NCBI GenBank assembly: GCA_038872135.1
Contig: JAVZGN010000005.1
Coordinates: 1-57,284, forward strand
DNA: 57,284 bases
From: Candidatus Hadarchaeales archaeon
GTDB taxonomy: Archaea; Hadarchaeota; Hadarchaeia; Hadarchaeales; Hadarchaeaceae
Direction of reading: 5' to 3'
The notes under the pieces were generated by a model. It did no database searches. It was not told the origin of the DNA and was given only the letters and a program-made list of their open reading frames with translations. Below are positions 36,614 to 45,947 of this stretch, one piece after another (position 1 is the first letter of the stretch; every line of letters starts with the position of its first letter). A program made the translations under genes and the position numbers.

Positions 36614-37282
36614 CTATGCCGCCTCTATCAACCTTATGCCAAGAGACGATGTTACCTTGAGCTCCAGCTCATTCTCGTATACTTGTAACCAGCCGCTTGC
36701 GATGATGAAATCGCCGGTGTGGATTTCCGGGATACCATTCTGGGCTATTGAGCGGGGAATGTAGACAGGGAGCTTTGCACCATTTTCCTGGATGGTGAGC
36801 AGAAGATTCCCCTTTCCAACGACTTCCTTCTTTGAAATCCCCCCGAAGACTTTTGCAGGCCCGCCAGCATTTTCCCTCCCCAGCTGCGATGGAGAGACGG
36901 GAGCCGTGTGAACGATTTTTATGTTTTTTGTACTCTTCGGAAGTATCTCCAGCTCTCCGTTGTAAACGGTGATTTCTCCCCTCACCTCAACGATGTCCAG
37001 GAGCTCAATGGCTTCCCCGAGTTCAGATCTGGTTTTTGAGAAGATGGGAACGCTAATGATCCCTCCAGAGTCATCTTGGATCTTCAGGAAGAGGTGGCCG
37101 TCGCGGCTTTCTCTGATGTCAACCACTTTCCCCGAGATCGCAACTTCTGTGCCGACGAAGGTGTTGTCGATGGCTGAAATCTGGGTGACCCTTGGCCTGG
37201 CTGAAGCCTCTGCCACATAGACCATGGTTATTCCCACAAGGGAGCAAAGGAGACTCAATCTCTTCATCAGATGCTCGTCCAT
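36614..37282 (-). CDS. Membrane-anchored tandem OB-fold protein
   Basis: N-terminal TM helix; two repeats G.V..GHLFLKIQD..VRGEITVYNGELEI and GNLLLTIQE..ASGWLQVYENELEL. Confidence 0.75.
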   Translation of the reverse strand: MDEHLMKRLSLLCSLVGITMVYVAEASARPRVTQISAIDNTFVGTEVAISGKVVDIRESRDGHLFLKIQDDSGGIISVPIFSKTRSELGEAIELLDIVEVRGEITVYNGELEILPKSTKNIKIVHTAPVSPSQLGRENAGGPAKVFGGISKKEVVGKGNLLLTIQENGAKLPVYIPRSIAQNGIPEIHTGDFIIASGWLQVYENELELKVTSSLGIRLIEAA

Positions 37283-37329
37283 TTTTCCCGCCAAAGTTTT
37301 GTGAGGAGCTCATTTATAAAGGGAGAAAA
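37280..37329 (-). promoter_or_regulatory. 50-bp promoter/leader cassette, copy 1
   Basis: Minus strand TTTTCTCCC-TTTATAAA-TGAGCTCCTCACAAAACTTTGGCGGGAAAA-ATG; identical to 49692-49741. Confidence 0.8.
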
Positions 37330-37340
37330 TCCCGAGTTTT

Positions 37341-37835
37341 TCAGATTTTGTTGCGGGGTTCCTCAAACAGACTGGTGGTGGAAGACTGGGGTTTGTAGTA
37401 GCAAATTTTCAGCTCTTCATCGTAGACCTTCGGCTCTGGGAGCTTTCTCGCCTCCTCAGGGGTCAATCCATCTATTCTCCTCCACCCGTGCATGACGGCA
37501 TTTGCCCTGAGACCCAAATCAACTTTCCTGAGCAGGCAGGTGGTATCCTCCTGAATTCTTCTGACCTTTTTTAGGGTACACGAGATGTCCTCTTGAACTT
37601 TCTGCATCTTTCTGAGCATACATGTTGTGTCCTCTTGAACTCTCCTCATGTCTTCCTGAACCTTATGCATCTTTCTGAGCATACATGTTGTGTCTTCTTG
37701 GACCTTTTTCACCTCGCAGAGGACTGATTCAATCCTAGAGAGAATCTGGTGGGTCTGCCGGTTGCTCAAAATAACCGTGACAATTATCGGCAGAGTAATC
37801 GCCCCAAAGGCCTGGAGGATGTCCATCAATACCAT
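37341..37835 (-). CDS. Single-TM coiled-coil protein with heptad repeats
   Basis: SD GGAGGTGA before ATG 37835; TM helix then repeated KVQEDTTCMLRK. Confidence 0.75.
   Translation of the reverse strand: MVLMDILQAFGAITLPIIVTVILSNRQTHQILSRIESVLCEVKKVQEDTTCMLRKMHKVQEDMRRVQEDTTCMLRKMQKVQEDISCTLKKVRRIQEDTTCLLRKVDLGLRANAVMHGWRRIDGLTPEEARKLPEPKVYDEELKICYYKPQSSTTSLFEEPRNKI
37603..37694. repeat. Intragenic duplication: 29-bp exact copies 63 bp apart
   Basis: tgcatctttctgagcatacatgttgtgtc at 37603-37631 and 37666-37694. Confidence 0.85.
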
Positions 37836-37859
37836 CTTTCCTTCACCTCCTATTTCTGC

Positions 37860-37905
37860 TTTTCCCGTCAAAGTTTTGTGAGGGGCCTGCTTATAAAGAA
37901 GAAAA
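37860..37905 (-). promoter_or_regulatory. Diverged copy of the promoter cassette
   Basis: ttttcccgtcaaagttttgtgaggggcctgcttataaagaagaaaa versus ttttcccgccaaagttttgtgaggagctcatttataaagggagaaaa. Confidence 0.7.
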
Positions 37906-37945
37906 AAGGACTTGAGATTAAAGCTGTCGAAGGGGAGAGAGGAAG

Positions 37946-38587
37946 GTGATGAAAGTCTGGGCGATAATCCCGGTGAAGAGGCTTGAAAATGCTAAATCAG
38001 GCCTCCGGCGGGCCATGAAAGATGAGGCTCGGCGGAGGCTCGTGCTTGCAATGCTTTCCGATGTCATCCACGCCTGCAAGGGGTGCAGGGGTGTAGAAGA
38101 GATACTCGTGATATCGCCGGATGAAATTGTGCTGGAATTTGCGGAAAAAAATGGAGTGCACCCCCTGAAGGAGCCGGGGTTAGGGCTGAATGAGGCGATA
38201 AAGTTTGCCGTTAGGTATGCGGAGAGGAATGGGGCACAGGGGGTTTTAATTTTGCCAGCAGACCTGCCCCTTCTCAGAACCGCTGATCTAGAGCAGGTAA
38301 TCTCGATGGGCGGAGAGGGAGGTGCAGTGATCGCTCCTTCAAAGGCCAATGGGACAAATGCTCTCTTCCTCTCCCCGCCGAGCTGCATTGAGCCAAGGTT
38401 TGGTGGTGAAAGTTTTCTAAAACATCTTCGGGAGGCGGAGCACAGAGGAATCGATGTGAAAATCTACAATTCGCCAACAGTAGCCCTAGATGTGGATTCC
38501 CCAGAGGATCTTCAGGTGGTGGAAGTGAAGGGCAGCGGAACTGAAACAGCCAAGGTGATATCTTCGATGAAAGATTTAACCGAATGA
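37946..38587 (+). CDS. cofC: 2-phospho-L-lactate guanylyltransferase (F420 biosynthesis)
   Basis: IIPVK..AKS.L, GLNEA, ADLP, GTNAL, FGGESF..H, DVDSPEDL. Confidence 0.88.
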   Translation: MMKVWAIIPVKRLENAKSGLRRAMKDEARRRLVLAMLSDVIHACKGCRGVEEILVISPDEIVLEFAEKNGVHPLKEPGLGLNEAIKFAVRYAERNGAQGVLILPADLPLLRTADLEQVISMGGEGGAVIAPSKANGTNALFLSPPSCIEPRFGGESFLKHLREAEHRGIDVKIYNSPTVALDVDSPEDLQVVEVKGSGTETAKVISSMKDLTE

Positions 38588-38591
38588 AGCG

Positions 38592-39464
38592 ATGTTATTT
38601 GGTGGCAAGGTGAGAGGCCAGCTGAGCCTAGAGTTCATGGTTGTGTTCACGGGGATGCTTCTAATAGTTGCAAGCGTCACTTACCCCCTTTATAATCAGG
38701 CTAAGGAAGAGGCAGAGAAACTCACAAAGCTCTCTGAGGCCAAGGAAGCCCTCAACACAATCGTGAACGCGGTCAACATGGTTTATGCGGGAGGACCGGG
38801 CTCGAGGCAAACTGTTGATTATTGGCTTCCGAGAGGGGTTTTACATCTATACCTCACTGTTGATAGAGATGGGATAGCGGTCCCAAATAAAAGCGTAGCA
38901 AAAAATGGTCGCTTGGACGCACAGATATTCTTTGATTTTGATGGAAATGGTGAGTGGGACAACACTTGGGACTCGGTGGTCCTAGCAGACACCCTTCTCC
39001 CCAGCCGGTGGTTTGAAAATGGTAGCCAAAGGAATGACAATTGGGTTAATGAAAATGCTGTTCATCCCCAGGACTGGAACTTCCTCATAAACTCCTCTTC
39101 CAGAACCCACCACAGGACCACCTTCGAGTACTTCTGTGGGCCAATTTCCTATAGCGGAGAGTTGCTGGCACTGTGGAATCTAAGTCAAATCCATGAAAAT
39201 GAACTTGAGACAACGCTGTTCGGTATCCCACTTGAGGTGGAAGCTGAGAACCACGGGTCCACAATTCATGCTGAGCTGGAGTTCGGAAGCGGTGAGCAGG
39301 AGGGCACTGGGACAAACTTCACCCTCTCGATCACCGATAGCGGAATAACTGTGAAGGTTATAGTGACCGCACCAACCGTCGAGATCAGATACTGGGCATC
39401 CTTCCTGACCCCACCTTTCAAGAAGCAAATTCTCATTTCCGATGTGATAATGGAGAGTGTGTGA
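38592..39464 (+). CDS. Class III signal peptide (pilin-like) protein
   Basis: RG|QLSLEF + hydrophobic helix; VYAGGPGS. Confidence 0.8.
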   Translation: MLFGGKVRGQLSLEFMVVFTGMLLIVASVTYPLYNQAKEEAEKLTKLSEAKEALNTIVNAVNMVYAGGPGSRQTVDYWLPRGVLHLYLTVDRDGIAVPNKSVAKNGRLDAQIFFDFDGNGEWDNTWDSVVLADTLLPSRWFENGSQRNDNWVNENAVHPQDWNFLINSSSRTHHRTTFEYFCGPISYSGELLALWNLSQIHENELETTLFGIPLEVEAENHGSTIHAELEFGSGEQEGTGTNFTLSITDSGITVKVIVTAPTVEIRYWASFLTPPFKKQILISDVIMESV

Positions 39465-39465
39465 G

Positions 39466-39933
39466 ATGCGTGGGCAGACGGCAGTTGAGTACATGATTCT
39501 CTTTTCCACTGCCATGCTGATCCTGGGAGCAGTAACAGTCGCCCAGATGATCTCGCCGGCCACCGATGCTGCAAATGACGCCCTCTATCTTTCCCAAGCC
39601 AGAGGGGCCGTCGACGCCATCGCCGGGGCAATTGATGCTGTTTATTCCAATGGGCCCGGGGCGGTGAAGAGTGTAGGCTTTCAGATGGACACCTCTTGGA
39701 TCATTGGAATCGACAATCGATGGAACACAGTTTTCATCATTGTTACAACATCTAGGGGCGTGGAAAATGTTGTTGAAAATCTGCGCTATGACTTTGAAAA
39801 TTTATATTATGCGAGCTGTTCTTCTGGCTACTGGACGGTTGTGGTCGAGTGGTCTGAAGCTGAAATGGAAAACCTGAGGGTAGTTGGTGGCAACCGCCAG
39901 ATTTACCTGAACATAAAACCAAGGAGGAGATGA
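39466..39933 (+). CDS. Class III signal peptide (pilin-like) protein
   Basis: MRG|QTAVEY + hydrophobic helix; VYSNGPG. Confidence 0.82.
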   Translation: MRGQTAVEYMILFSTAMLILGAVTVAQMISPATDAANDALYLSQARGAVDAIAGAIDAVYSNGPGAVKSVGFQMDTSWIIGIDNRWNTVFIIVTTSRGVENVVENLRYDFENLYYASCSSGYWTVVVEWSEAEMENLRVVGGNRQIYLNIKPRRR

Positions 39934-39970
39934 TTTGAGAACACATCGGGCCGTGGTCGGAAGATTTAAA

Positions 39971-40000
39971 TTCTTGTTCCGCTTGAAGCGGCAGCAAGAA
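39971..40000. other. Intergenic stem-loop within the pilin cluster
   Basis: TTCTTGTT-CCGCT-tga-AGCGG-c-AGCAAGAA, preceded by TTTAAA. Confidence 0.5.
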
Positions 40001-40012
40001 GACGGTTGTAGG

Positions 40013-40432
40013 GTGGCTGAGAGAGGGTTCTTCTCCATTGATGCGTTTTTCGCCTTCATGCTGGTACTTCTCATCGTCACTTCTTTCACAAGGGTCTATG
40101 AAGGGAGGTTGGAGGCGGCGATAGCAGTCGACGCCAAGTTGCAGGCGAGGATGGTTGGGGAGAAGCTTGCAGCCGCCCTGAATGAGACCTATGCAAATCA
40201 GGAGAACTTTGAGCTCAGGGTGACATTGCCAGAGAACATTGGGAGCTTTTCCTACAGGGTGAGAATAGACAATGTGAACTGGATGGTGTGGGTGGAGATT
40301 TCAGCCTGGGGATCGATCGGGGCACCCATCGTGTTTAACACGGTGAAGGAAGAAAATCTCACGAGGGAAAATTTCATCAAGCCCCTCAGGATTTACTGGG
40401 ATAATGGGCAGGTGAGGGTGGTGAGCGGATGA
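40013..40432 (+). CDS. Class III signal peptide (pilin-like) protein
   Basis: GTG start VAERG|FFSIDAFF + hydrophobic helix. Confidence 0.75.
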   Translation: MAERGFFSIDAFFAFMLVLLIVTSFTRVYEGRLEAAIAVDAKLQARMVGEKLAAALNETYANQENFELRVTLPENIGSFSYRVRIDNVNWMVWVEISAWGSIGAPIVFNTVKEENLTRENFIKPLRIYWDNGQVRVVSG

Positions 40433-40809
40433 GAGGGCAGACGGCTCCAGAGGCATTAATCTTGATCTCTGCGATTCTCCTGAGTGTTGCTTCTCTTGCT
40501 TATCTGGGGACCGCGAGCAATGATTCTGCAGTAGCTTTAAGGGTGGTGAGAGATGGCGCCGAGAATATTCTTGCACAGATAGATTTCGATTATGGGTGTT
40601 CATCGGAGGTTGAAAGTGTAGAAATCGCGGGCTCAAGAGCCACGGTGTGGGTGGCGGTGAGAGATGCTCCCCCCGGTAGCTTCTCCTGGGACAACTTCAG
40701 AGAAAACATTTTGATCAAAGGGCTAAAGGATAACCTCCCAATTTACATCGCAAGGCATGCGGCGAAAGATTACACTGTGGAAGTCTCCGTTAGGAGGGTG
40801 TCGAAATGA
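40429..40809 (+). CDS. Class III signal peptide (pilin-like) protein
   Basis: MRG|QTAPEAL + hydrophobic helix. Confidence 0.78.
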   Translation: MRGQTAPEALILISAILLSVASLAYLGTASNDSAVALRVVRDGAENILAQIDFDYGCSSEVESVEIAGSRATVWVAVRDAPPGSFSWDNFRENILIKGLKDNLPIYIARHAAKDYTVEVSVRRVSK

Positions 40810-41840
40810 ACGAGAGGGGGCAGGTGTTCACCCTAGACATGTTTTTTGCTTTAACGCTGACGGCCCTCATAGTGAGCTATTCTGGGATGGCGTTTGAGCA
40901 GGCGAGGCGGCAGGCGGAGGAGTACTCCTGGAGATATTCTCTTGAGAGGATAGCAAACGATGCTGCTGATGTCCTGGTGAAGACCATTGGAAAACCCGAG
41001 AACTGGCACAAGCAGGCGGAGAACCTGAGAATTCTCGGGCTTGCGGAAGAAAATGCAGGATCGCCCGTAGTTGGCACAATCGACATAAGGAAGTTTGGGC
41101 AGTTGCGGCGGCTCATGAACGCAGAGAACTGGGATGCCTCGGTGAATGCAGCGGCCGTGGCAGCGATCAAAAAACTCTTTGGGGGATCTGAAAAGTTTGA
41201 GATCAGAATTTTAGATGAGAATGGGGCACTTCTTTGGAATGCCTTCCCCAGATGGACGGCAGGGGCTTCATCGGGAGCGGAGAATTCTCTGGATGTGGTG
41301 GTGGTGCGCCGTCCAGTTTCGGTGAGGTATGGGTCAACGGTGCGTGCCGACAGCGGGCCAATTTACAAGGCCGCCGGTGGTGTATCTACTGGAGAGTTAC
41401 TGTTTGAGATTTATCCTGGAGAACTGGAGGCGTTTGACTTTTACATCGTCGTAGTGGGAGTGAAAGAGGGCACAGGAGCAAAGCCAAATCTTAAGATATG
41501 GGTGAATGACAATGCTCAAAATGGGGATGCAGGAGAGGGACCAGATGGAAGTCCAGATTATGAATTTAATTATTCTGACTTTCCACAGAGAACCTATCCA
41601 AGCCCAGAAGATCCACCAAAAAATCACTTCCAGCATGGGGGAATAGAAAATGACAGCAACATCGAGGCCGAGGACCAGCTTTTCGTTGGAACAAACTTTC
41701 TAGGGTTAAAATTCACATCTGGCCCAAACTGGACCATCAGAATTTATGTAGTGGCTCTTCCAGCCTGCTCTGGCTGGGACGATGCATCTATGTTTATCCA
41801 GCCGTTGCCAGCCATGCTAGAGGTTAGGATGTGGAGGTGA
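40806..41840 (+). CDS. Large pilin-like protein
   Basis: MNERG|QVFTLD + hydrophobic helix; LVKTIGKPENW. Confidence 0.78.
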   Translation: MNERGQVFTLDMFFALTLTALIVSYSGMAFEQARRQAEEYSWRYSLERIANDAADVLVKTIGKPENWHKQAENLRILGLAEENAGSPVVGTIDIRKFGQLRRLMNAENWDASVNAAAVAAIKKLFGGSEKFEIRILDENGALLWNAFPRWTAGASSGAENSLDVVVVRRPVSVRYGSTVRADSGPIYKAAGGVSTGELLFEIYPGELEAFDFYIVVVGVKEGTGAKPNLKIWVNDNAQNGDAGEGPDGSPDYEFNYSDFPQRTYPSPEDPPKNHFQHGGIENDSNIEAEDQLFVGTNFLGLKFTSGPNWTIRIYVVALPACSGWDDASMFIQPLPAMLEVRMWR

Positions 41841-41844
41841 TGAA

Positions 41845-42354
41845 ATGAAAGCCCTAAAAGATGATCGCGGCTTTGTTTTCAGCCTCGATGCAACTCTTGG
41901 AATACTCGTGGTCATGATTGTCATGACGGGGGTTGCAAGAGTCGGGGGTTCTGGGCTGATCTATGAGCAGTATGGATATTTGCGGCTGCAGCGCTACGCC
42001 AACGATGCTCTTGAAGCTCTCTACAACACCGGTACAATTGAGAACAATGTCTTCACCAGCGTCATTGATAACATCGTCATCTTGATAAACCAGGGAAAGA
42101 AATCCCTGGCGGAAAGTCTCGCTGAAAACATGCTCAGGAAAATATTGCCTTCCGACCTTCAATTCAGGCTGAGGATAGGCTCAGAGAATTGCCCGATTCT
42201 AGATAATGTCTATCCAACGGCCGGGAATCACCAGAAATGGAGATCTGCGTTTGACAACGCTAAAGAAATAGCAGTTGCCAGCCGCATGCTCATCCTGTAT
42301 CCCGAAAATGTTGAACCGGTAGCGCTGTATGTGTGGAGGTGGCCGAAGGCATGA
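41845..42354 (+). CDS. Pilin-like protein
   Basis: DDRG|FVFSLDA + hydrophobic helix. Confidence 0.78.
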   Translation: MKALKDDRGFVFSLDATLGILVVMIVMTGVARVGGSGLIYEQYGYLRLQRYANDALEALYNTGTIENNVFTSVIDNIVILINQGKKSLAESLAENMLRKILPSDLQFRLRIGSENCPILDNVYPTAGNHQKWRSAFDNAKEIAVASRMLILYPENVEPVALYVWRWPKA

Positions 42355-43034
42355 GGGGTGATGAAAGGGGTTTTGCATTGAGCGGGTTCGCGCTACTTCT
42401 CATCCTTCCCGCCGTTCTCATTGGGGGGACGCTTCTCAGGGTTGCTGCTTTTGGAGCAGAAAGCATCGGGCTTCAGGCGGTGGCGGATAAAGTATTTTAT
42501 GCAGGAAGGGACATCGAGAGGCTTGTTAGGAAAACATGGGATGAAAACATCCTAGCAGACAATCGGCCAAATGCAAATGCCACGATCTTAGGTATTCAGG
42601 AGAACTATCGCAACAATGCTGGAGTAGTAGCCGAAGTGATCCCAACGTGGAAGCTTTGGACGCGGTCGGAAAACAGACCAAATCCTTCTGGGATCAGAGA
42701 TAGCCGCGCCGGAACTAACTACTGTAAGGTTGCGCGAGGTCGGGGTGACAACTGGTTCTACTACTTTGAGGCATATCAGATGTCAATAGACTACAACGAC
42801 ATCATCCTGCGCGTTTCCAGAGGAGAAAATTTGACGATAACCGTTGTTGGATTTGATCCTGTTGTTAATTGGCCAATCGATGTTTACTATGGTGATATTC
42901 TTCTCTGGGATGATGTGAGAAGGGAGAATATTGGACTAAGCACGACAGTTGCCGGAACCATTCAACTAACCGTCGATATTGAGGTTGAGGATGCGCGGGG
43001 CGTTGCGAGATATTCTTCTTCACTAAGTTTTTAG
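42351..43034 (+). CDS. Pilin-like protein
   Basis: MRGDERG|FALSG + hydrophobic helix; ATGA overlap with the previous gene. Confidence 0.72.
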   Translation: MRGDERGFALSGFALLLILPAVLIGGTLLRVAAFGAESIGLQAVADKVFYAGRDIERLVRKTWDENILADNRPNANATILGIQENYRNNAGVVAEVIPTWKLWTRSENRPNPSGIRDSRAGTNYCKVARGRGDNWFYYFEAYQMSIDYNDIILRVSRGENLTITVVGFDPVVNWPIDVYYGDILLWDDVRRENIGLSTTVAGTIQLTVDIEVEDARGVARYSSSLSF

Positions 43035-43037
43035 AAA

Positions 43038-44183
43038 TCAATCACCTGTAATCGGGTGACCCCTCTCCATCACAACTTTTCCGTCAACTAGAACTTTCCC
43101 ATCTCGCATGTCTTTAATCATATCTAGATGACTTGAAGCCTTGTTCTTCCCGTGATAGGCCCCGCGGTTGTTCCCAATGGCTATGTGAATGGTGCCAAAG
43201 ATTTTCTCGTCGATGATGATGCTCCCGCCAGTATACTCTGCCCCGGGATTTGTTCCTATGCCAAATTCTGCGATTCTGTCTTTCTCTCCGGTGTTTGCTT
43301 TGAGAAATCTCGCGAAATTCTCCCCGCCCGCCGCTGCCCTGTGCTCCACGACTTTCCCATTCTTAAACCTCAGCTCAAGCCCCCTCACTTTTCCAAAGCC
43401 CGGGATGGCAACATTGTCGAAAATTATTTTTCCATTGGCTGAAGTTTCAAGGGGTGCAACAAAGACCTCGCCGGCCGGGACATTCAGCCCAACATCCCCC
43501 CGCTTTAGGTCATCTTCAGAAATCTCACCATCATCAACCAATACTGGGCGCTCCTGGATGCTGAAGGTCAGGTCTGTGCCGTCGTCTGCAACGATTCTCA
43601 CTTCCCTTCTCCCTTTCAGTGCCCTTTCATAAGCCCTGCAGAGGGATTGGACCCTGCCGCTGAAGGTCTGGCGGATGCTCTCGAAGAAGATCTCTCTGAA
43701 CCTGCTCGGCCTGCACCCGTAGAACCTCCCAGCCTCGGGAACAGGCCACCCAAAATAGGCCCACCTCACCTTCCTCTTGTCTAGGATCTCGTGGAGCTTC
43801 TCCCTGATGGGAGCCGTGAGCTTCACCTTCTCCGCGAGGCCGGCCGCCCAGTTTGGGTCTTCCTCCTCCCCGATGAAGATGGAGACATCCACATTTTTGG
43901 CGATGGCCTCGGCGAGGGGGCTCATCTCCTTCAGAGAGTCGTCCGGCCTCAGCTGGTAGCTCAGCCTCTGTCTGGCGGAAGAGTAGGAAAGGAAGAGGGT
44001 GTGAGCTCCAACCCTCCAGCACTCCTCCTCCACCATCCTCGCAAACCTCTCACAGGTTGGGTCGGTGTAGTTGCAGGTTATCCTTACAGCCTCGTAGCGA
44101 TCGCCCCTCTTTCCTATCTTCATCGAGTTTCTGACGAAAGCCCTCGCGATTTTCTTCAGCTCCTTGAGGGAAGGTTCAGCCAT
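43038..44183 (-). CDS. M29 family aminopeptidase
   Basis: NVPAGEVF, AEFGIGTN, DEKIFGTIHIAIG, SHLDM. Confidence 0.9.
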   Translation of the reverse strand: MAEPSLKELKKIARAFVRNSMKIGKRGDRYEAVRITCNYTDPTCERFARMVEEECWRVGAHTLFLSYSSARQRLSYQLRPDDSLKEMSPLAEAIAKNVDVSIFIGEEEDPNWAAGLAEKVKLTAPIREKLHEILDKRKVRWAYFGWPVPEAGRFYGCRPSRFREIFFESIRQTFSGRVQSLCRAYERALKGRREVRIVADDGTDLTFSIQERPVLVDDGEISEDDLKRGDVGLNVPAGEVFVAPLETSANGKIIFDNVAIPGFGKVRGLELRFKNGKVVEHRAAAGGENFARFLKANTGEKDRIAEFGIGTNPGAEYTGGSIIIDEKIFGTIHIAIGNNRGAYHGKNKASSHLDMIKDMRDGKVLVDGKVVMERGHPITGD

Positions 44184-44188
44184 GTCGA

Positions 44189-44914
44189 TCAGCCTATGTA
44201 GCTTGGCTCTTCCTCTCTAGGCTGTGGCAGGGCTGGGAAGCGGGAGGGGAAGGGCCTGGCCTGCTCGAGGAGCTCACCGACATCAATCGAAAGGTCCATC
44301 ATCAGGCCCAAGGCCTTTAAAACATTTGCCGAAGCCACAGGATCAAGAAGCCCCCCTTCGGTGACTCCCAGGAGGCAGAAGCCGTCAATTCCTCTGAGGG
44401 AGGCCAAGGCCGGAAGCAGCCCATTCATCCCAATCACAACTCCCCCCTGTAGGATTCCTATTCCATTTTTCTCCATTTTTTTCACGAGCTCTGGGGTTGT
44501 GGCCGCTCCCACCACATCCACCTGCTTCCTTTCATCGGGGGAGAGGACATAGGCAGCCATTGTTCCAACAATCTTTACCCCATACTCCTCGGCCAGGTCG
44601 AGGAGTTCACCGGCCAGCACATACTGGCCTCTCGGGGTTGCGGCTTGGGCATCAGCAGAAACCAGGATGAAATCTTTTTTCACCTTTTGCGGTCTTGCAT
44701 GGTAGAATTCTAACTTCATCATTCTCACATCTCCGGCTTCTGGGAGGGCCCACTCCGGGAAGTGCTCGGAATAGTAAGAGAGGAATTTTTTCGCCTTCAG
44801 CTGGTAAATCAGGTAGTCAATCGCAAGCTTCCCGACATTTGCTATTCCTGGGAGGCCGGCCAGCATCACCGGCTGCTTCATGGATGGAACTGCAGTTCTT
44901 TCGATCACCGGCAT
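44189..44914 (-). CDS. PAC2-family proteasome assembly chaperone
   Basis: GLPGIANVGKLAIDYL, DAQ, GMNGLL, C-terminal YIG. Confidence 0.85.
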   Translation of the reverse strand: MPVIERTAVPSMKQPVMLAGLPGIANVGKLAIDYLIYQLKAKKFLSYYSEHFPEWALPEAGDVRMMKLEFYHARPQKVKKDFILVSADAQAATPRGQYVLAGELLDLAEEYGVKIVGTMAAYVLSPDERKQVDVVGAATTPELVKKMEKNGIGILQGGVVIGMNGLLPALASLRGIDGFCLLGVTEGGLLDPVASANVLKALGLMMDLSIDVGELLEQARPFPSRFPALPQPREEEPSYIG

Positions 44915-44973
44915 TGTTCTAATCTCTTAGCGGGTGGATTTAAAGTTAAGTGGGAAGAAACTCTTGGTGAAAG

Positions 44974-45945
44974 GTGGAAATCGGGAATGGAGAAATAAGG
45001 ATTTTTCCGCTTGCGGCGGAGAGCCTCGGGGTGAGAAGCCTCGCAGTGGCGGTTGAAACAGATGATGTGAAGATCGTTGTGGATCCAGGCTCTGCCCTCG
45101 GGCCGAGGTTCAATCTTCCGCCCCATGAAAGGGAGTATTTTGCGCTGGCGTCTTCGAGAAAGAGGATTTTTGCGGCGGCGCGGCAGGCGGATGTTTTGAC
45201 CATCAGCCACTATCATTTTGACCATTATCTTCCGGGATTTGAGGACTGGACGTGGATTCTGAGTTCGCCGGAACTTGCGGAGGCACTCTACCGGGAAAAG
45301 ATGATCCTTGCGAAAGATCCAGGGGAGAAGATAAATGTCAGCCAGAGAAGGAGGGGGTACATGTTCTGGAAGATGTGCTCCGAGATAGCCGAGCTTAAAG
45401 TTGCAGATGGGAGGAGCTTTGAGTTTGGGAAAACAGAAGTGGAGTTCTCTCCGCCGGTCTTCCACGGGGGCTCCGATGCCCTAGGGTATGTGCTGATGCT
45501 GACGGTTAAAGCTCCCGGGTGCATCTTTGTTCATGCTTCAGATGTTCAGGGACCTGTGGATGATGGGGCGCTGAAGCGGATTCTATCGGAGAAGCCGGAT
45601 GCTGTGATGATTGGGGGCCCGCCGACTTATCTTCGGGGGTTCAAGGTGGGGGAGGAGGAGCTGGAGAGGGCAAGGGAAAACATGAAGAAGTTGGCCGGGG
45701 CTGTCAAGCTCCTCATAGTCGATCATCACCTCCTGAGGGACGCAGGCTACATGGAGTTTCTTTTCCCTGTTTTTCAGGAGGCGGATGAGAAGTCTCACAG
45801 GGTGATGACGGCGGCTGAGGCCGCGGGGGAGAAGCCGGAGCTTTTGGAGGCTTTCAGGAAGGAGCTTCATGAAGGGAAGCCGGTTCCAAAGGAGTGGTAT
45901 GAGAGGCTGGAGAGGGGGGAGCTGAAAGAAGCTTTGGGTTTATAA
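44974..45945 (+). CDS. UPF0282-like metallo-beta-lactamase-fold protein
   Basis: AAESLGVRS, DPGSALGP, SHYHFDH, SDVQGP, GGPPTYL, DHHLLRD. Confidence 0.85.
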   Translation: MEIGNGEIRIFPLAAESLGVRSLAVAVETDDVKIVVDPGSALGPRFNLPPHEREYFALASSRKRIFAAARQADVLTISHYHFDHYLPGFEDWTWILSSPELAEALYREKMILAKDPGEKINVSQRRRGYMFWKMCSEIAELKVADGRSFEFGKTEVEFSPPVFHGGSDALGYVLMLTVKAPGCIFVHASDVQGPVDDGALKRILSEKPDAVMIGGPPTYLRGFKVGEEELERARENMKKLAGAVKLLIVDHHLLRDAGYMEFLFPVFQEADEKSHRVMTAAEAAGEKPELLEAFRKELHEGKPVPKEWYERLERGELKEALGL

Positions 45946-45947
45946 TG

